NCBI RefSeq assembly: GCF_006345805.1 | Contig: NC_043001.1 | Coordinates: forward strand, 26,784,001-26,848,000 | Length of the DNA: 64,000 nt | Direction: 5' to 3' | Source of the DNA: Octopus sinensis | Taxonomy: Eukaryota | Shown: positions 24,477 through 38,929 of the stretch, one piece after another | Layout of the letters: each line of letters begins with the position of its first letter | Position numbering within the stretch: the first letter of the stretch is position 1 | Notes under the pieces: generated by a model | Databases searched by the model: none | What the model saw: the letters and a program-made list of their open reading frames with translations, nothing else | Told to the model about the DNA's origin: nothing | Translations under genes and position numbers: made by a program

Positions 24477-27199
24477 CTGTAGAAATCTGATTATAGAATC
24501 AATTTAAAGTAAAAATATTAATGCTGGGAAGCGGGTCTTTAATGAAAATTACACAGGCATCAATACGGTGTGCTAAGGAGTTTATGATAAAAAAATTGTA
24601 GTTTAATAATACAGAATAATAAAAGCTTGTAGAGAAATTCCAAGAGGTTTTTACGAGAAACAATAATACATAAATTCTAATCATTTTGGCATTCTAATGA
24701 ACTACACAACACTACATGTGCGTGCACGCTCATTTAAGCACACACACATGTTGCATTAAAGAGTTTTCTAGCTTCATAAAATTTAAACAATATTCATTGC
24801 TTTCAACATGTTTGAATCATTTCTTTTGAGATTTTGTCTTATATCGGTGGCATTATTTTCAACCTAACTTCATGACTTACTTTTACAAAGAAATTAACAT
24901 TGGTGCAAGATCGCACATTTTAGTGAAGACGGCCAATTAAAACAATCCCAGAAAATTGCCCGTTCATGTGGTATTAATACCAGAAGAATAAAAATTAAAG
25001 TCAACAATCTAAATACAATAAGTCTCCACTGATTCTGCTAGCCATCATTTTAGTAGTCTTCTAATATTGGTTTTTAACTTAAGCTCATGTCCTCAAACTT
25101 AGGTTACAGTATAGTTGTTTATACTTGACTGGTACTTACTTTATACACCCGGGAAGTATGACTAGAGAAATCGGCCTCAGTGAGATTTGAGCACAGATAT
25201 AAAGGTATTTATTTTTCTGTTACTTTGCTTCCATTACTAATTATCGATTAAGCACAAAAGTATAACGAACAACTACTGACTTTCGAAGCGAGGATTCAAA
25301 ATTGAATCCATATTTTTCTATATTGTCAAATAAGTCCTCGCCCAATTGTTCTAGCTTAAAAGATTAATGAGAATGTTGACTTCTTAGACTTTTTTGTGTT
25401 ATTCATTTGTCTAAACTGATTAGAAAGGAAGAATGGGAAAACCCTTTGTTTTAACTTGACCTATTTTTGTTACAAAGAATATAAATACTAATTTGCTAAT
25501 TCTTTGGTAATTTGGCATTCACTAAGACCATACATCTATTTTTTCCCTGCTTCTTTACGTCGATGGAGAGGCAGCAGCTTTACTTGAGGGACTATACAAC
25601 CTTTACTGTTTCTATCTGCCTTCATCTCCTTGCTCTCTCTCTTGTTTGTTGCCACAGAGATGAAACTAACTACTTACTATAATACAGAATGGACTAGAGC
25701 TCTACAAATAATGTGTGCATACAAACAACTATAAAAAGTCATTTTCTATATTGCAACGACATAATAATCATACCAATAAATGGCCATCTTAATATTGTTC
25801 TTAAATCACTTATACAATGTGTCAATACATTGATTTTTATATTTGATAAAGTTCCAACTCAAAAACTATGTGCCTTCTTTACTAAATGCTGCCAAAATTG
25901 GGTCTTACGCATACATAGTTATAACAGATGACTTCGTTGTTATAACTTCTGACTTTCCAACTGAAGAATAACAGTCTTCAACCATCGACTACAAGAATTT
26001 ATACGATAAATATTATCGTTAAAGAAGAATACTGTATCATTAGAAATAAAAATACTCGTGCATATGATTGTGTACATGGGATTGTTAATGGAATGATATA
26101 TCTGTTTCCTAAATAAATACTTCGTAGCCAATCACTGCCTCTCACCTCTATTATGTCTATTGCTATACATTTCCCTGATTTCTTATTGCTTCCACTTCCT
26201 ATTCAGCGAAATTTTGTCCAGAGAAAACTGAACAAATTTCTTAAACCTTTACTGAACATTTCAGTAAGCAGAAGCGCGTGATTCTTGCATTAGAGAGCAG
26301 ATCAACATGTGTTCCAGAGTTTGCGACTATGTCACATTTACACAAGATATTGTTAGATGAGTTGTATCTCTGTCTACTGAATATCATCTTGACTCTAACT
26401 TTGGTCCTCAGTCGATTAAGACACTTTCACTTTATCCAGCTTTCATCTGTATCAGATGATAGCTGTTCACTTTCCAACATTTCCATTGTTGTTGAGGATG
26501 CTAGGCTGTTGTTTCTTCTCATAAATTCATTCATTCATACCTCATCTGCATTGCTACCTTCAATGGGTAATGACACCGTAAATGAGGTAAGAATAAATTT
26601 GGTAAGTACTGCCATTTACGGTATCTTTTTCTTGATTCCAGGCAACCCTAAACTGGTGTTTTTTGAATATAGGATGTTATTCATCTATTTACTACCACTG
26701 ATCTCCCTGTATAATAACTGCTGAACTTCCAATGCCAATTTATGCTTATCAAAATATAGGGACAGTCCGTGTGACTAGTGGCAATACACTATGGACCAGT
26801 CGATAGAAAGTAATAATGGCTGGATTTAGCATTTAAGTATGGGGAGATCATTCGCCTAAGGAACTTCCAACCCAGCTGCTGAGCTGCAGGAAGCAAGTGA
26901 AGTTGAACGTAAGGAACTTGCAAACCCCATCTTGTATTTATGAGCTTGCTGATGTTATTGCTGCAGGCACTTTTGCATTATCTTCAAGATGTCAATTTTT
27001 AAGTTGTGATAATACTCAAAGTGACACCGAGTTGACAGTGTTCAAAAGTACTCTAGATCAAGTTTTTAAAATTTTTTTCAAGTTGAGGATTTGCTTCACG
27101 GTTTTTCAGATGGAAGGTGCCTAGTTGCACCTTAGATAGATTAGCAAAGAGGTGGTTCTCTTGAAAATTTGTCAATCTTTCCACCATTACTGATGAATA

Positions 27200-27701
27200 C
27201 CGTAAATCCTTGAGTATAGTCCGCCCTTGAGTATAATACGCAGGGGATTTTTAGGGGGCTGTACCTCTGAAAAACCCAAACCTTGTGTATAATACGCACC
27301 TCTTCTCTATCTTGAGTCAAGGAGGTCTATATAACGTCCTTGGTTTGTAAAAATGTATACGTTAATGTCCTTTATTATTATTGTGTATATAACATAATGC
27401 AAATGTGTAGCTTTTTTGTCCATTTTGTTTTCAGAAAATAAAGAAATAACAGTAATAACGTTTGCTTATTGCAAGTTATGGATGATTCTTTTATGACTTC
27501 ATTGCTTTCAGGCTTAGCTTAAGGTATTTTCGCCTGCGACATCACAAAATGCGTCTGAATAAACATTGCCGGACAGCAAAGAGAGACTCAGACATTGCTT
27601 AGAAAATATTTTTCATTTTTAACCTCATATATAGTACGCATTAGGGATTTTGACCTTTAAATTTGAGGAAACAAATTCGGATTATACTCAGGGATTTACG
27701 G
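27200..27701. mobile_element. Tc2/pogo-type MITE
   Basis: TA TSDs; TIRs CCGTAAATCCTTGAGTATAGTCC / GGATTATACTCAGGGATTTACGG (2 mismatches). Confidence 0.85.
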
Positions 27702-29039
27702 TATTTATCCTGTACTTATCACTTTGATTGTCACATAGTTCATATTTCTGTCTCTAAGTTTTAAAGATGTAAACCTTATGGCAAAATGTCCTCTGGGACT
27801 TGGTGCTCCAGACACATATTTGTGTTGCTTGTACCTTCAAATGAACCTGACTGTGTAAATATAAGTACATATATTTTCTGTGTAAATGTGTACATTAAGC
27901 AAATACATGCTTAAGTCATTATAAGTATTTAAGATGGACAGGAAAACGTTATGACTTCAAAGAATTCTCAAGTCTTATCTAACTTTTAAACTTGTATTAC
28001 CACAGCACCAGCATTACATTCTTCCATATCAGTTTACAGTATTTCAACTTCAAAAAGAAATTGTTTTTACTATTATCACGGTAGTTTTGTACTTGTATTT
28101 ACGAGATACTTATTTTCGTATCACATAAACAGTTTTGACTCCACTACAGAGTTGATAAAATTTTTCTATTATTTTCAGATAAGAAATAGTTTTAATTATT
28201 AAACAACAAGAAATCACCCGGCCCACCCACAAACCCATTTTAGGAGTGGGGGAGTCCATAGTGAGCAAGACGGAGGTTAGATTAGTTGAAAACACGCGAA
28301 AAACCCAACCTATTACAAATTTTATTTGGTGAAAATAGCGGCTAACGTACAAACTAACTTTGCCTTCTATGAGTATATAGATATCACTTGAAGCAAGCAA
28401 CGTCAAAGAAAACTTCTTGAATCTTTTCGATTGAAAAGATCCAATTTCTTTTCTAATCAACGCAACTATTTGTCAATAAATGTCTTTGCTTACAGTACAT
28501 TGAATGACATCTACATGATCAACATGGATTGTAAATTTCATGTTGCTGCTAGAAAATGAGTATAATAAATAACATTAGGCATCAAAGATTTTGTTACAGA
28601 AGGCCAAATAGGTGTTCTTAGCTAATTTCAATAAACTGATACCAAATATATAATTAGATATTTTTTTCTATCACATCTAGATTTTGTATAAAATGCAAAT
28701 CACTTACTAAAATTTCCTATCTCGTCCAGATTTTGGTTTTAATCGGCTTAATGCCAGTGATATGAAACTTGCCTCTCAAGTTTTAAGCAATTTTTGTTTG
28801 CCAATAACATACTTTTATAACGTGGTTTCAGTATATCGCACCTTAGTATTGTACACTAACACAGTGTCATATATAGTACCATGGGGTAGACACTAACTGT
28901 TTCCACTTGAAGTATTCCAAAATACTCTGTCAACAACTGTAACCAATCTAATACAACTCTCAATGAACTATAACAACTTCTCAACAATTTCTTGTGATTC
29001 GACGAACGATACCTTTCGACTTCCTGCGATTTCTCATCT

Positions 29040-30734
29040 TATTTTATTTTATGGCCTTAAAGGTCTTACACAGAGGGGACAGCACATGGTGGGGACAAAA
29101 AACCCAAAATGAATGAAATTATACAATGAAAGATGAAATGAAGTCACTTGGCCTCCACCTCTGAGTGACTTCATTGAACCTGTAGCAACACCGACTATAT
29201 CCACCTTGACGGATAAGGCGGCGAGCTGGCAGAAACGTTAGCGCGCCGGGCGAAATGCTTAGCGGTATTTCGTCTGTCGTTACGTTGTGAGTTCAAATTC
29301 CGCCGAGGTCGACTTTGCCTTTCATCCTTTCGGGGTCGATAAATTAAGTACCAGTTACCCACTGGGGTCGATGTAATCAACTTAATCCTTTTGTCTGTCC
29401 TTGTTTGTCCCCTCTTTGTTTAGCCCCTTGTGGGTAGTAAAGAAATATATATCCACCTTGACTATTCCGTCCCACGAATTTATTTCTTTATCCAGTTCCT
29501 CAATCTGTCCATTGTACATTAAAACGAATTTTTTTATTACAGGGCAGGGGTGGGTAGCTTTGAGACTCCTGTGTGTTTGCCATAGTTTTTTTGTCAGACT
29601 GGGCATGCGGGAGGTTGGTGTCTGTAGGGAGTGGTTGGGGTACAGTGGGTGTGGGTTGGGGGTCATCTTTTACCTTGTGTGTTTTTCCTCCTCTTATTCT
29701 CCACCATTTCCCAACTGGTATTTAAGACTTCCTCCTTCTCAACACTGGTGCTGGTCTTCTGTAGTTCCACCTCATTTATTTCTTCCTCCACAGGCAGTGT
29801 AACACCAACCACTTTTTCCTCCTGTCTCACTTTGTTCTTTTCTAGTGATGGCGGACACTCCACTGTAATGTGGACTTTCAGGCCACATTTATAACATCGT
29901 GGAATCCTCCCTTCCACTCTGACCTTTAAAGTCAACTCTCCCACTGTGATACCTTCAACCATCTTTTCCAAGTCCTCCTTCATGACCTGCACTGCTACTT
30001 CAAGGGTTTGTCCCCTTCAATGCCTGTGGGGTACTCCGGCAGACTGCAGGACCACCACCCTCTCTTCCATGCCCAGCAGTATGGCAGCCACTAGCCAGGC
30101 CACGTTCACCTCCACCTGAACCCCGATAGCATACCTCCAAAGGCACACGGGTAGAGACACCATCTCATCCATCCTCAGCGGTGCAGCCGAGCATAGTCTG
30201 GCAGTTGCCATATCCCCAAACTGCACCTCCATCACTCCACACTTTTGACCCCTGGCAAGGCACACCATCTCTTGCCAGACCAACCTCAGTGCCCCCCCCT
30301 CCACCTGTGCCTCCAACACTGCCTCAATTCTCCCTGCTGCTGTGGCGTAAGTTCTGTATACAATAGTCCTTTCTTCCCTGTCCCTCAATACCCCGTTGTG
30401 GGGGAACCCCCTCGCATCTCTCCCCTCCCCTTCAAGACCCACCCTGAAATCACTCAACCCTTCCAGATTCATCTCTTCAACCCCTTCTCCAGCCACCACA
30501 GCACAATTTCTCCTCTCCACTTCCTCACCCATCCTGTTCAAGTATTCAACCATTTCCTCCTCATATGAATCACATTCTAGGGAAGAACACCTCAACCTCT
30601 CCCAACTTCTCTTGCGATGCCCCTCCACTATACAAGAGGTAAAATGTCGCTCCACCAGGACAGCCATAAACATGTATGCACCAAACAAGTCCAACAATGC
30701 AACTGAACAACTATAAAGTGGAAGCCACTTACCC
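29040..30734 (-). mobile_element. ORF1-only (gag-like, CCHC knuckle) non-LTR retroposon, pseudogenised
   Basis: 17-bp TSD cctgcgatttctcatct (29023-29039, 30735-30751); A-rich 3' end; frameshifted ORF with VEGRIPRCYKCGLKVHITVECPP; no RT or endonuclease sequence seen. Confidence 0.75.
29211..29447 (+). mobile_element. SINE family A with 15-bp TSD
   Basis: tatatccaccttgac at 29196-29210 and 29448-29462. Confidence 0.93.
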
Positions 30735-31685
30735 CCTGCGATTTCTCATCTCTTGCTCTCAGTCAAATACACTGCTACTTATATGAGTTCAACTAGTCCA
30801 TTCCCACAGGGGATGTCATGATTCTCGCCATAACAATACAAATTCTAACAATTTTGATCAATAAAATTTATCGCAAGTTGGTAACACTGAGTCAAGAACA
30901 TAGAACATAGTAATAGCCCAACAGTCAGTTGCTACATTTTAGTCAAGTAAAGCGGTTGTTTAATCTCTCAGCTGGTATGAAAATAACTGGCTGTGGTAAC
31001 TAGTGAGTTTTTATAGCACACTCTATGGCATGTATTTCTTTTTATTTTGTATGTCGTAATTATTACTTTCTGTGGTTTTTTAGATATTGTATGGTAATTA
31101 AAATGCAATCAAATAGACATGTTTGTGCAAAGTTAGGAGAGCAAGAGAGGGACTGGGCACCACATATTTGCTATGCACAGTGCAATGCAATGTCAATAGC
31201 TTGGATGAATGGTAAAAGAAAAGCTATGCCAAGCTGTTCTCAGTCCCCATGGTTTGGCATAAGCCAAAAAATCACTTCAATGGTTGTTATTTTTGTTTGA
31301 CAAAAACTGATGTTTTCACACACAAAAAAAAAACCCAAATCAAAAATCATGTACCCAAACTGTGAATCGGCAATAAAACCAGTACCACATGATGAAACAA
31401 ATCTACCACCAGTTCCACCAGCAATGACAACAGAAGCAGGTCATCTAAAGATTCAGCTAGTGTTATAGAAATAGAGAAAGATTGCGTATATGTTCCAGAT
31501 GCAACTAGTTCCCCACATTTTGTTAATAAAGCAAAGTTTGGAATTACTAAAAGAAAAGGCAGAATCGCTTGATTCCAGACTTCAAGAATGGAATTTTCTC
31601 CAGCCAAACACCATAGTTTCATATTTCTGCCATTACCATTTGCAGTTTTCATCATTTTACCTACAGGAGGAAAGCATTTGTTTCT

Positions 31686-31913
31686 TATTTCCTGATTGCC
31701 CACAAGAGGCTAAACATAGAGGGGACAAACAAGGACAGACAAATGGATTAAGTCGATTACATCAACCCCAGTGTGTAACTGGTACTTAATTTATCGACCC
31801 AGAAAGGATGAAAGGCAAAGTCGACCTCAGCAGAATTTGAACTCAGAACGTAACGGCAGACAAAATACCGCTAAGCATTTCACTTGGTGTGCTAACGTTT
31901 CTGCCAGCTCACT
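31686..31913 (-). mobile_element. SINE family A with 12-bp TSD, inside the transposase
   Basis: gcatttgtttct at 31674-31685 and 31914-31925. Confidence 0.9.
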
Positions 31914-32384
31914 GCATTTGTTTCTGCCATGATGTCAATGATCTGAGGAAAAGATTGGCTTTCGCTATGATCCTGTAGCAGAACGGATTGACAAAATAAA
32001 AGAAAGCAAATTATTTTCTCTCACTGGGAATTATAGTTGTTGTTTGGACATAGTAGAGAACACTTAGCTATAAAGACCTGGTTGTAACCATTGTTCTGAT
32101 TGGTTAGTTTTTAGGCACAAATTGTCCTCTAAACAATTGTGCCAAATTACATGGTCAACTAATCAGATGCACTAAAATGGATCACGTGTTCTCTTGGTGA
32201 AAAAACTTTCATCTCTTTTTTGGAGCCTACCAGTTTCTTTAAATAGAGTAGTTTTACTCAGCCAAGGAGTCAAGCTTGCACACAGACTTCGACATCCAAC
32301 GCTGACACTGTCAACTTCCTAAAACATCCTGGCACAATGAACTCACTAAGTGAATATGACTTCAGTGTTTCTTTAGAAGTATTC

Positions 32385-32780
32385 GTTGGATGGATGGATG
32401 GAAGCACTCCGTCGGTTACGACGACGAGGGTTCCGGTTGATCTGATCAACGGAACAGCCTGCTCGTGAAATTAACGTGTAAGTGGCTGAGCATTCCACAG
32501 ACACGTGTACCCTTAACGTAGTTCTCGGGGATATTCAACGTGACACAGAGAGTGACAAGGCCGGCCCCTTGAAATACAGGTACAACAGAAACAGGAAGTA
32601 AGAGTGAGAGAAAGTTGTGGTGAAAGAGTACAGCAGGGATCACCACCATCCCTGCCGGAGCCTCATGGAGCTTTAGGTGTTTTCGCTCAATAAACACTCA
32701 CAACGCCCGGTCTGGGAATCGAAACCGCGATCCTACGACCGCGAGTCCGCTGCCCTAACCACTAGGCCATTGCGCCTCTA
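32385..32780 (-). mobile_element. tRNA-derived SINE family E
   Basis: Head ggcgcaatggcc.agtggttagggcagcggactcgcggtcgtaggatcgcggtttcgattccc; matches 45990-46365. Confidence 0.9.
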
Positions 32781-33959
32781 CTAAATATTTGTTAACTTAC
32801 ACGACATAAATGCCATTCCTCTTTCATGCTGAATTATGCAGCAATCTTATGTTCTCTTTATAGAACACTTTAAAGTATGTATTACCAATTCTTTGGGATT
32901 TGTGTCATGCTCAGTTATGACTCCTTCAGACATGTATATTAGAACAAGTCACATCTTAAATTTTACATTTCTCTTGTTCAATAACATGAAGTTAAACTTG
33001 CAAGTCTATTTTCTCCTTTCCATTTTCAATTTTTATGATGAGCTGAAATTGGTGACCTGGTTACAACCAGGTTACAATCCAAAAGAATGGAGACTGCTCA
33101 CTGACTCTAGTAAAGCTAGCCTTAAAGATGTATTACTGCACTATGGCAATGACAAAAATTCAATGCCTGTAGCACATGCCACTGGCCTTAATGAGACTTA
33201 TGAATCAATGGAACTGCTGCTAAGACTCATCAGATATAAGAACCACATATGAAATATTTGTGGTGACCTTAAAGCTGTATCATTACTTCCTGGGTTACAA
33301 TTGGGTTACTCAAAGCATGTGTGCTTTTTGTGTCTATGGAACAGCAGAGATGACAAGAACCACTATGAAAAAAAATGATTGACCATCTAGAACTGAATAT
33401 ATTGTTGGAAACACAATGTGAAACACCAAGCACTTATTGACCCTCTGAAAGTATATCTTCCACCACTTCATACTAAACTTGGCCTTATGAAAAAAATTTC
33501 GTGAAGGTTTGGATCATCAAGGTAGTAATTTCCAATATTTAAAGAATAAATTCAAAGGAATATTGACAGATGCTAATTTAGAAGCTGGAGTTTTCACTAG
33601 ACCACAAATCCACAGTGTCATCAATGATTCTTCGCTTCCATCTAATCTAAATGAGAATGAACTAGGAGCATGGACATCTTTTATTGAAGTTGACAAAAAT
33701 TTTCTTGGAAGCCATGAAGCTGAAAACCACTGTGAACTCGTGCTTAAATCTTATGAAAAGATGGGATGTGGAATGTCATTAAAAATTCACTTTTTACATA
33801 CTCATCTGTATGGGAAGTAAAAGAAAAAAATTAATCAGGGCTTAGCAGCAAAAACTGACCATATACAACAGTATGAAAAATAGGAATGCTTCTTCCAAGA
33901 AAATAGAGAATTTAAAATAAACATGAGAAAATTTTACAGAAAGTTAAAAAAAAATCTAT

Positions 33960-34930
33960 ATCAATAGATGACATGCCAACAACATCAATGATTCAGTCAT
34001 ACTGGGAAGGAATATGGAGCAAGCAGGAAAAACGCAACAAAAATGCTTAGTGGATAAATAGGGAAAAGCAAAGGAAGAACAAAATAGCACCACAGGTATG
34101 GCCCACCATCATAAATCAAGAGATCACAGACACACTGAGGACTACCAGCAACTGGAAAACTCCAAGGATAGATAAGATCCCCAACTTCTGGTTGAAACAC
34201 CTCACCAGTACCCATACCCACATAGTGGCAGTATTTAATTTATTAAAAGGAAGTCAAAATCAACACCAAACTGGACGCTGAAAGGACAAACCACCCTAAT
34301 TCTCAAAAACAAAGACACTATACAACCACAAAATTATAGACCAATAACATGCCTGCCAATATCCTACAAAACCCTCACATCAGTTTTCAATGTTTTACCA
34401 GAAGAACAAAAGGGGTGAAAGAGAGGAATGTATGGTTGTATGGAGCAGCTTCTGGTAATCCGAGCCATTATAGAGGACTGTAAGAGGAGAAAAATGAACC
34501 TGAAAATGATTAGGATTGATCACCAGAAAGCATTCAACTGTGTTCCACGCTCATAGATACCGGAATCTCTCCACACAAATAAAGTAGCTCCAACACTACT
34601 AAAATAAATCAAACATGTAATGACAAACTGGAAAGCCAGTATAACATGGGAAAATGAATCACAGGTCATTAAAACACGGTACAAGACAATCACCAAGCCA
34701 CAATCATCTGGAATATGGCTGTTCAGACCAAAAAAAGAAATAAAAGCTAATTCCCCAGACCAGATATAATAATCAAGGATTGGAAAAGAAACACCTGCTT
34801 ACTGATAGACATTGTAGTCCCTTCTGACCAAAATATTGTCCCCAGAAAAGTGGAGAAATTGTCAAAGTACAAAGACATTGAAATTGAAGTATTCAAGATG
34901 TGGAACATGATAAAAAACATATAACCAAAA
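33960..34930 (+). pseudogene. R4/Dong-like LINE with internal deletions (RT N-terminal half plus REL region)
   Basis: NWKTPRIDKIPNFWLKHL; NYRPITCLPISYKTLTS; LPEEQKG; IDHQKAFNCVP; CLLIDIVVPSDQNIVPRKVEKLSKYKDI. Confidence 0.85.
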
Positions 34931-35809
34931 ACATAGAAGGTATATGTGTTCTCAACATTACACACTATCCAAAGAATTCAAACCTGGAGTTAGAAAAAGT
35001 AGTGAGATACTGTCAAATTTCCTAGCAGAGCAGGTTTTATAGGAAGTGCAATTAGGATTCATACTTACTGCATGTTATTTCATTAAAGAGTCCATATTAG
35101 CTTTTTATGTTTGTCACGTACACAATGATTGTTTTACATCTGCAAGTCCTTGGTAATGCAGGATAACTTTGTTGACAAAAGATAGAGAAATGGTGAGGGT
35201 CACCGTTTACAGCTTTGATGAGATAAATTTCTTTCCAGATATTTTTGAAAATACTTTTGTACATTGCTGCACCAGGTAACTTACTTTACTTTGTAGAAGA
35301 CTGTCCTTTTTTCACTGCAATCAATTTTTTCATCACTGCTGATTCACATACATGTCTTGGTTGCCATACTGAAATGAGATTGCTTGATAATTTTTGAAGT
35401 TGTTAGCCTTACAGTTTCTAACTTCTGTTACTATGATGGAGTAGACATGGGTCTAAGATTCCTAGCCAGTTTATGAAAACATTATTAATTAAATTAATGT
35501 TTCATAGACTCTTCTGATGAAGAGTCTATGATGAAGGTCTTTATTGAGATATCTATTTCAACAACATCTTAGTCTAAGATCTGTTTGTTATCTTTGAGAA
35601 ACATTTTTTAATTATCTTAATGAAAAATTCCCCTAGAATAAGAATGTTAAACTTTCAGCTACCTGTCAGCTATTTGCAATGAGTGGATGTTTGACATCCC
35701 AGCCACCATTTGATAAGGAGCAATAATATAAGTACCAGACTTAAAAAAACATAAGCACTTGGATAGATTTCTTTGGCTAAAACCTTTCAGGGAAATACTC
35801 CCAGCATGG

Positions 35810-36448
35810 TGGTAGTCCAATGACTGAAGTAAGTAAAAAAATAAAAAAATAAAACAAAATAAAATAAACAGGAGTGGCTGTGTAGTGAGTAGCATCTTCT
35901 ACTATAGCCTCAGGCTGATCAAAGCCTTGTGAGTGGATTTGGTAAACAGAAACTGAAAGAAGCTTGTCGTATATATGTATATGTATATATATATGTGTAT
36001 GTGTTTGTATGTCTGTGTCTGTCCCCCCAACATCGCTTGACAACTGACACTGGAGTGTTTACATCCTCGTAACTTAGTGATTCGGCAAAAGAGACCAATA
36101 GATTAAGTACTAGGCTTACAAAGAATAAGTCCTGGGGTTGATTTCCTAGACTAATGGTGGTGCTCCAGCTTGGCCGCAGTCAAATGACTGAAACAAGTAA
36201 AAGAGTAAAGAGTAAGTCTTTAACTATAGAGACATAATTTTAGTTAGACAGAAGGATTTAGAAAGAGATATCAAAAGGGCGCAGGAGTGGCTGTGTGGTA
36301 AGTAGCTTGCTAACCAACTACATGGTTCCGGGTTCAGTCCCACTGTGTGGCACTTTGGGCAAGTGTCTTCTACTATAGCCTCGGGCCGACCAATGCCTTG
36401 TGAGTGGATTTGGTAGACGGAAACTGAAAGAAGCCTGTCGTATATATG

Positions 36449-36479
<31 letters not shown>

Positions 36480-36700
36480 TTGTGTGTCTGCGTTTGTCTC
36501 CCTAGCATTGCTTGACAACCAATGCTGGTGTGTTTACGTCCCCGTCACTTAGCGGTTCGGCAAAAGAGACCGATAGAATAAGTACTAGGCTTACAAAGAA
36601 TAAGTCCCGGGGTCGATTTGCTCGACTAAAGGCGGTGCTCCAGCATGGCTGCAGTCAAATGACTGAAACAAGTAAAAGAGTAAAAGAGTAAAAGAGTAAA
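35810..36700 (+). mobile_element. Cluster of SINE family B copies (a tail, a deleted copy and a full copy)
   Basis: Repeated aatgactgaaacaagtaaaagag tails at ~35820, 36185 and 36660. Confidence 0.85.
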
Positions 36701-37334
36701 TACTATCAAATGACAATATAAATATATAACATTTATGAAAGAACATATAAATAAAAATCAGTCTTTGAGCTTGGTTTGCATGGAAACTGTATTATACAAA
36801 GTATGTGCAATAGTGATTGTATGATTTTTCTTTATTCATTAATCCAAGTCTATCAAGATTTTTTAATCCAGCAGTTTCTGTATTTCTAATCTCAAATCTT
36901 AATACTTAACTAATTTCTAAAAATGTTTGAATGATTGTCCAAAGGATTAAAATCTGTTAGTAGGCATGTCCTGTAGACAATTTTTACTATTCAGCTCATT
37001 TGCTTTGATCTCCCATTCCTTATATACTCTAGGAAGTTTCATTGTATAGGTATTTATTTGTACTTCAGTGACTGGTTCTGGATGACATTTATATCAGTTT
37101 TGGAGTGAGAGCTTATAAGTGTCCTTTGATTTGTACTATCCAGTTATAATGGCTTTGAATGTGAACTCTAGTAGGAACATTATCCTTCTGCCCTTGTTTG
37201 TAGGTAAATATATTTGGTTCATTTCAGTTGTTTTATAGGCGATCAGTTGGAGGATTTTTACTTGTATTCAGACAGGGCGATTACACCCTAATGCAGCAAG
37301 TAAAAACTAAATGTGTGTGTATGTATATATATAT

Positions 37335-37800
37335 ATCATCATCATCATCATTTAACGTCCACTTTCCATGTTAGCATGGGTTGGACGATTTGACTGAGGT
37401 CTGGCAAACCAGATGGCTGCACCAGGCTCCAATCTGATCTGACAGAGCATCTACAGCTGGATGCCCTTCCTAATGCCAACCTCTCCGAGAGTGTAATGGG
37501 TGCTTTTTATGTGCCACCAGCATGGAGCCAGTCAGGCGGTACTGGCAACGGCCACGCTCAAATGGTGCTTTTTATGTGCCACCTGCACAGGAGCCAGTCC
37601 AGCAGTACTGGCAACGATCTCACTCGAATGTTTTTTCCCGTGCCACCAGTACAAGTGCCAGTAAGGCGATGCAGGTAATGATCACGCTTGAATGGTGCTT
37701 TTTACATGCCACTGGCATGGAAGCCAGCTTGTTGCTCTGGCAACAATAACGCTCAGATGGTACTCTTAGAGTGCTCCACTAGCACAGATGCCAGTCATCG
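37335..37800 (-). mobile_element. SINE family C
   Basis: (cat)n then ttccatgttagcatgggttggacg...ctggatgcccttcctaatgcc. Confidence 0.85.
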
Positions 37801-38764
37801 AATTTGATTTAAATATAATATATATATATATATCAAGGGCGTGCGGTGATCTTTCTGGCTGGGGAAGCAATGACCAAAATTTTCTCTCACATAGATATTT
37901 GAATCTGATTGACATGTTCATATTATACAGCTATTTTTAAAATTAAAAAATCACTTTTTATATTAATGGTGTTCTGTAATATGAAAAAATATAAAATATT
38001 AGTTGAATAAACAGAGAAAACTATGCACGTGTTATCTTTTCATCATTTTTCTGATAGAAGCAGAATGTCAACTTGCTTCCCTTTTCATATGTATGAAAGT
38101 GGAAATATGTTACAAACTATAGAATTTTCTCAATAAAGCCAAGAAAAAATGATCTGCACAGAAAGAGAGGTGTAAATGTATGAAGTTGAAAAAAAGAAAA
38201 AAAAAAAAAATGGAACAAGATTTCTTATCTGAACATCTTCTGGATTTGTATTCTTTTGGCGGAGTTATTGAAATGAAGTAGCAGAATCGGAGTGCGTTTG
38301 CTATATAGAGTGGGGTGGTGGAGGAGGGGGAGAGGTGGAAAAGTAAGTGGTTATCGAAACGGAGAGAGAGAGACAGAGAGAGGACCAGAGTTAGGCTGGT
38401 CAAGGATAGAACATGAGGGAGAAAAATATTCTTTTGGGATGTTGGGTAACATAATTTAATGAAACAGTAAATGCTGATAATAGTGAAATAGAATTGAAAA
38501 ATCTTAGAATTTTCGGTCAAGATATTTCGTTCTAAAGTTATGTCATTAGATCTTAAGCGTATATGCACATTATCAAAATATTATGACTTAATAAATTAAT
38601 TGTGTCTTCATTAGATCTCTGTTTCTAACTCATAAAAATGTTTGATATCTTACGATATTCTACATAATATATTCATTAAAGAATTATCTCTTCAAAGTTT
38701 AATATATTAAACCAGTGTATCTTGAATAAATATCCCTGTAAAAGGTTTTGGGGCTAATGGATTA

Positions 38765-38830
<66 letters not shown>

Positions 38831-38851
38831 GATGATGATGATGATGATATG

Positions 38852-38929
38852 TGCTGTACATGTGTTTCATCGATTACTCCAAAGCCTTTGACAGCATTGA
38901 TCATGACAAGTTATGGAAATGTCTGGAGG
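38852..38929 (+). pseudogene. Short LINE RT fragment
   Basis: LYMCFIDYSKAFDSIDHDKLWKCLE. Confidence 0.75.

Larger units (their letters stand above)
31020..33810 (+). pseudogene. Chapaev3-type (CMC) DNA transposase, fragmented
   Basis: KLGEQERDWAPHIC..C...W.NGKRKAMP; [10 protein letters not shown]; [13 protein letters not shown]; KEKAESLDSRLQEWN; YNPKEWRLLTDSSKASLK; LPPLHTKLGLMK; MSLKIHFLHTHL. The family name is from recall. Confidence 0.7.

Noticed and set aside
26278-26724. 148-aa + strand ORF as a membrane protein gene
   Set aside because: L/I/S-rich composition typical of an antisense frame; no recognisable domain (same for 21713-22033 and 31347-31703)
35500-35535. CTGATGA inside the catagactcttc/gaagagtctatg hairpin as an HHR
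   Set aside because: The core lies within a stem-loop, and no correctly placed GAAA or stem I/III was found
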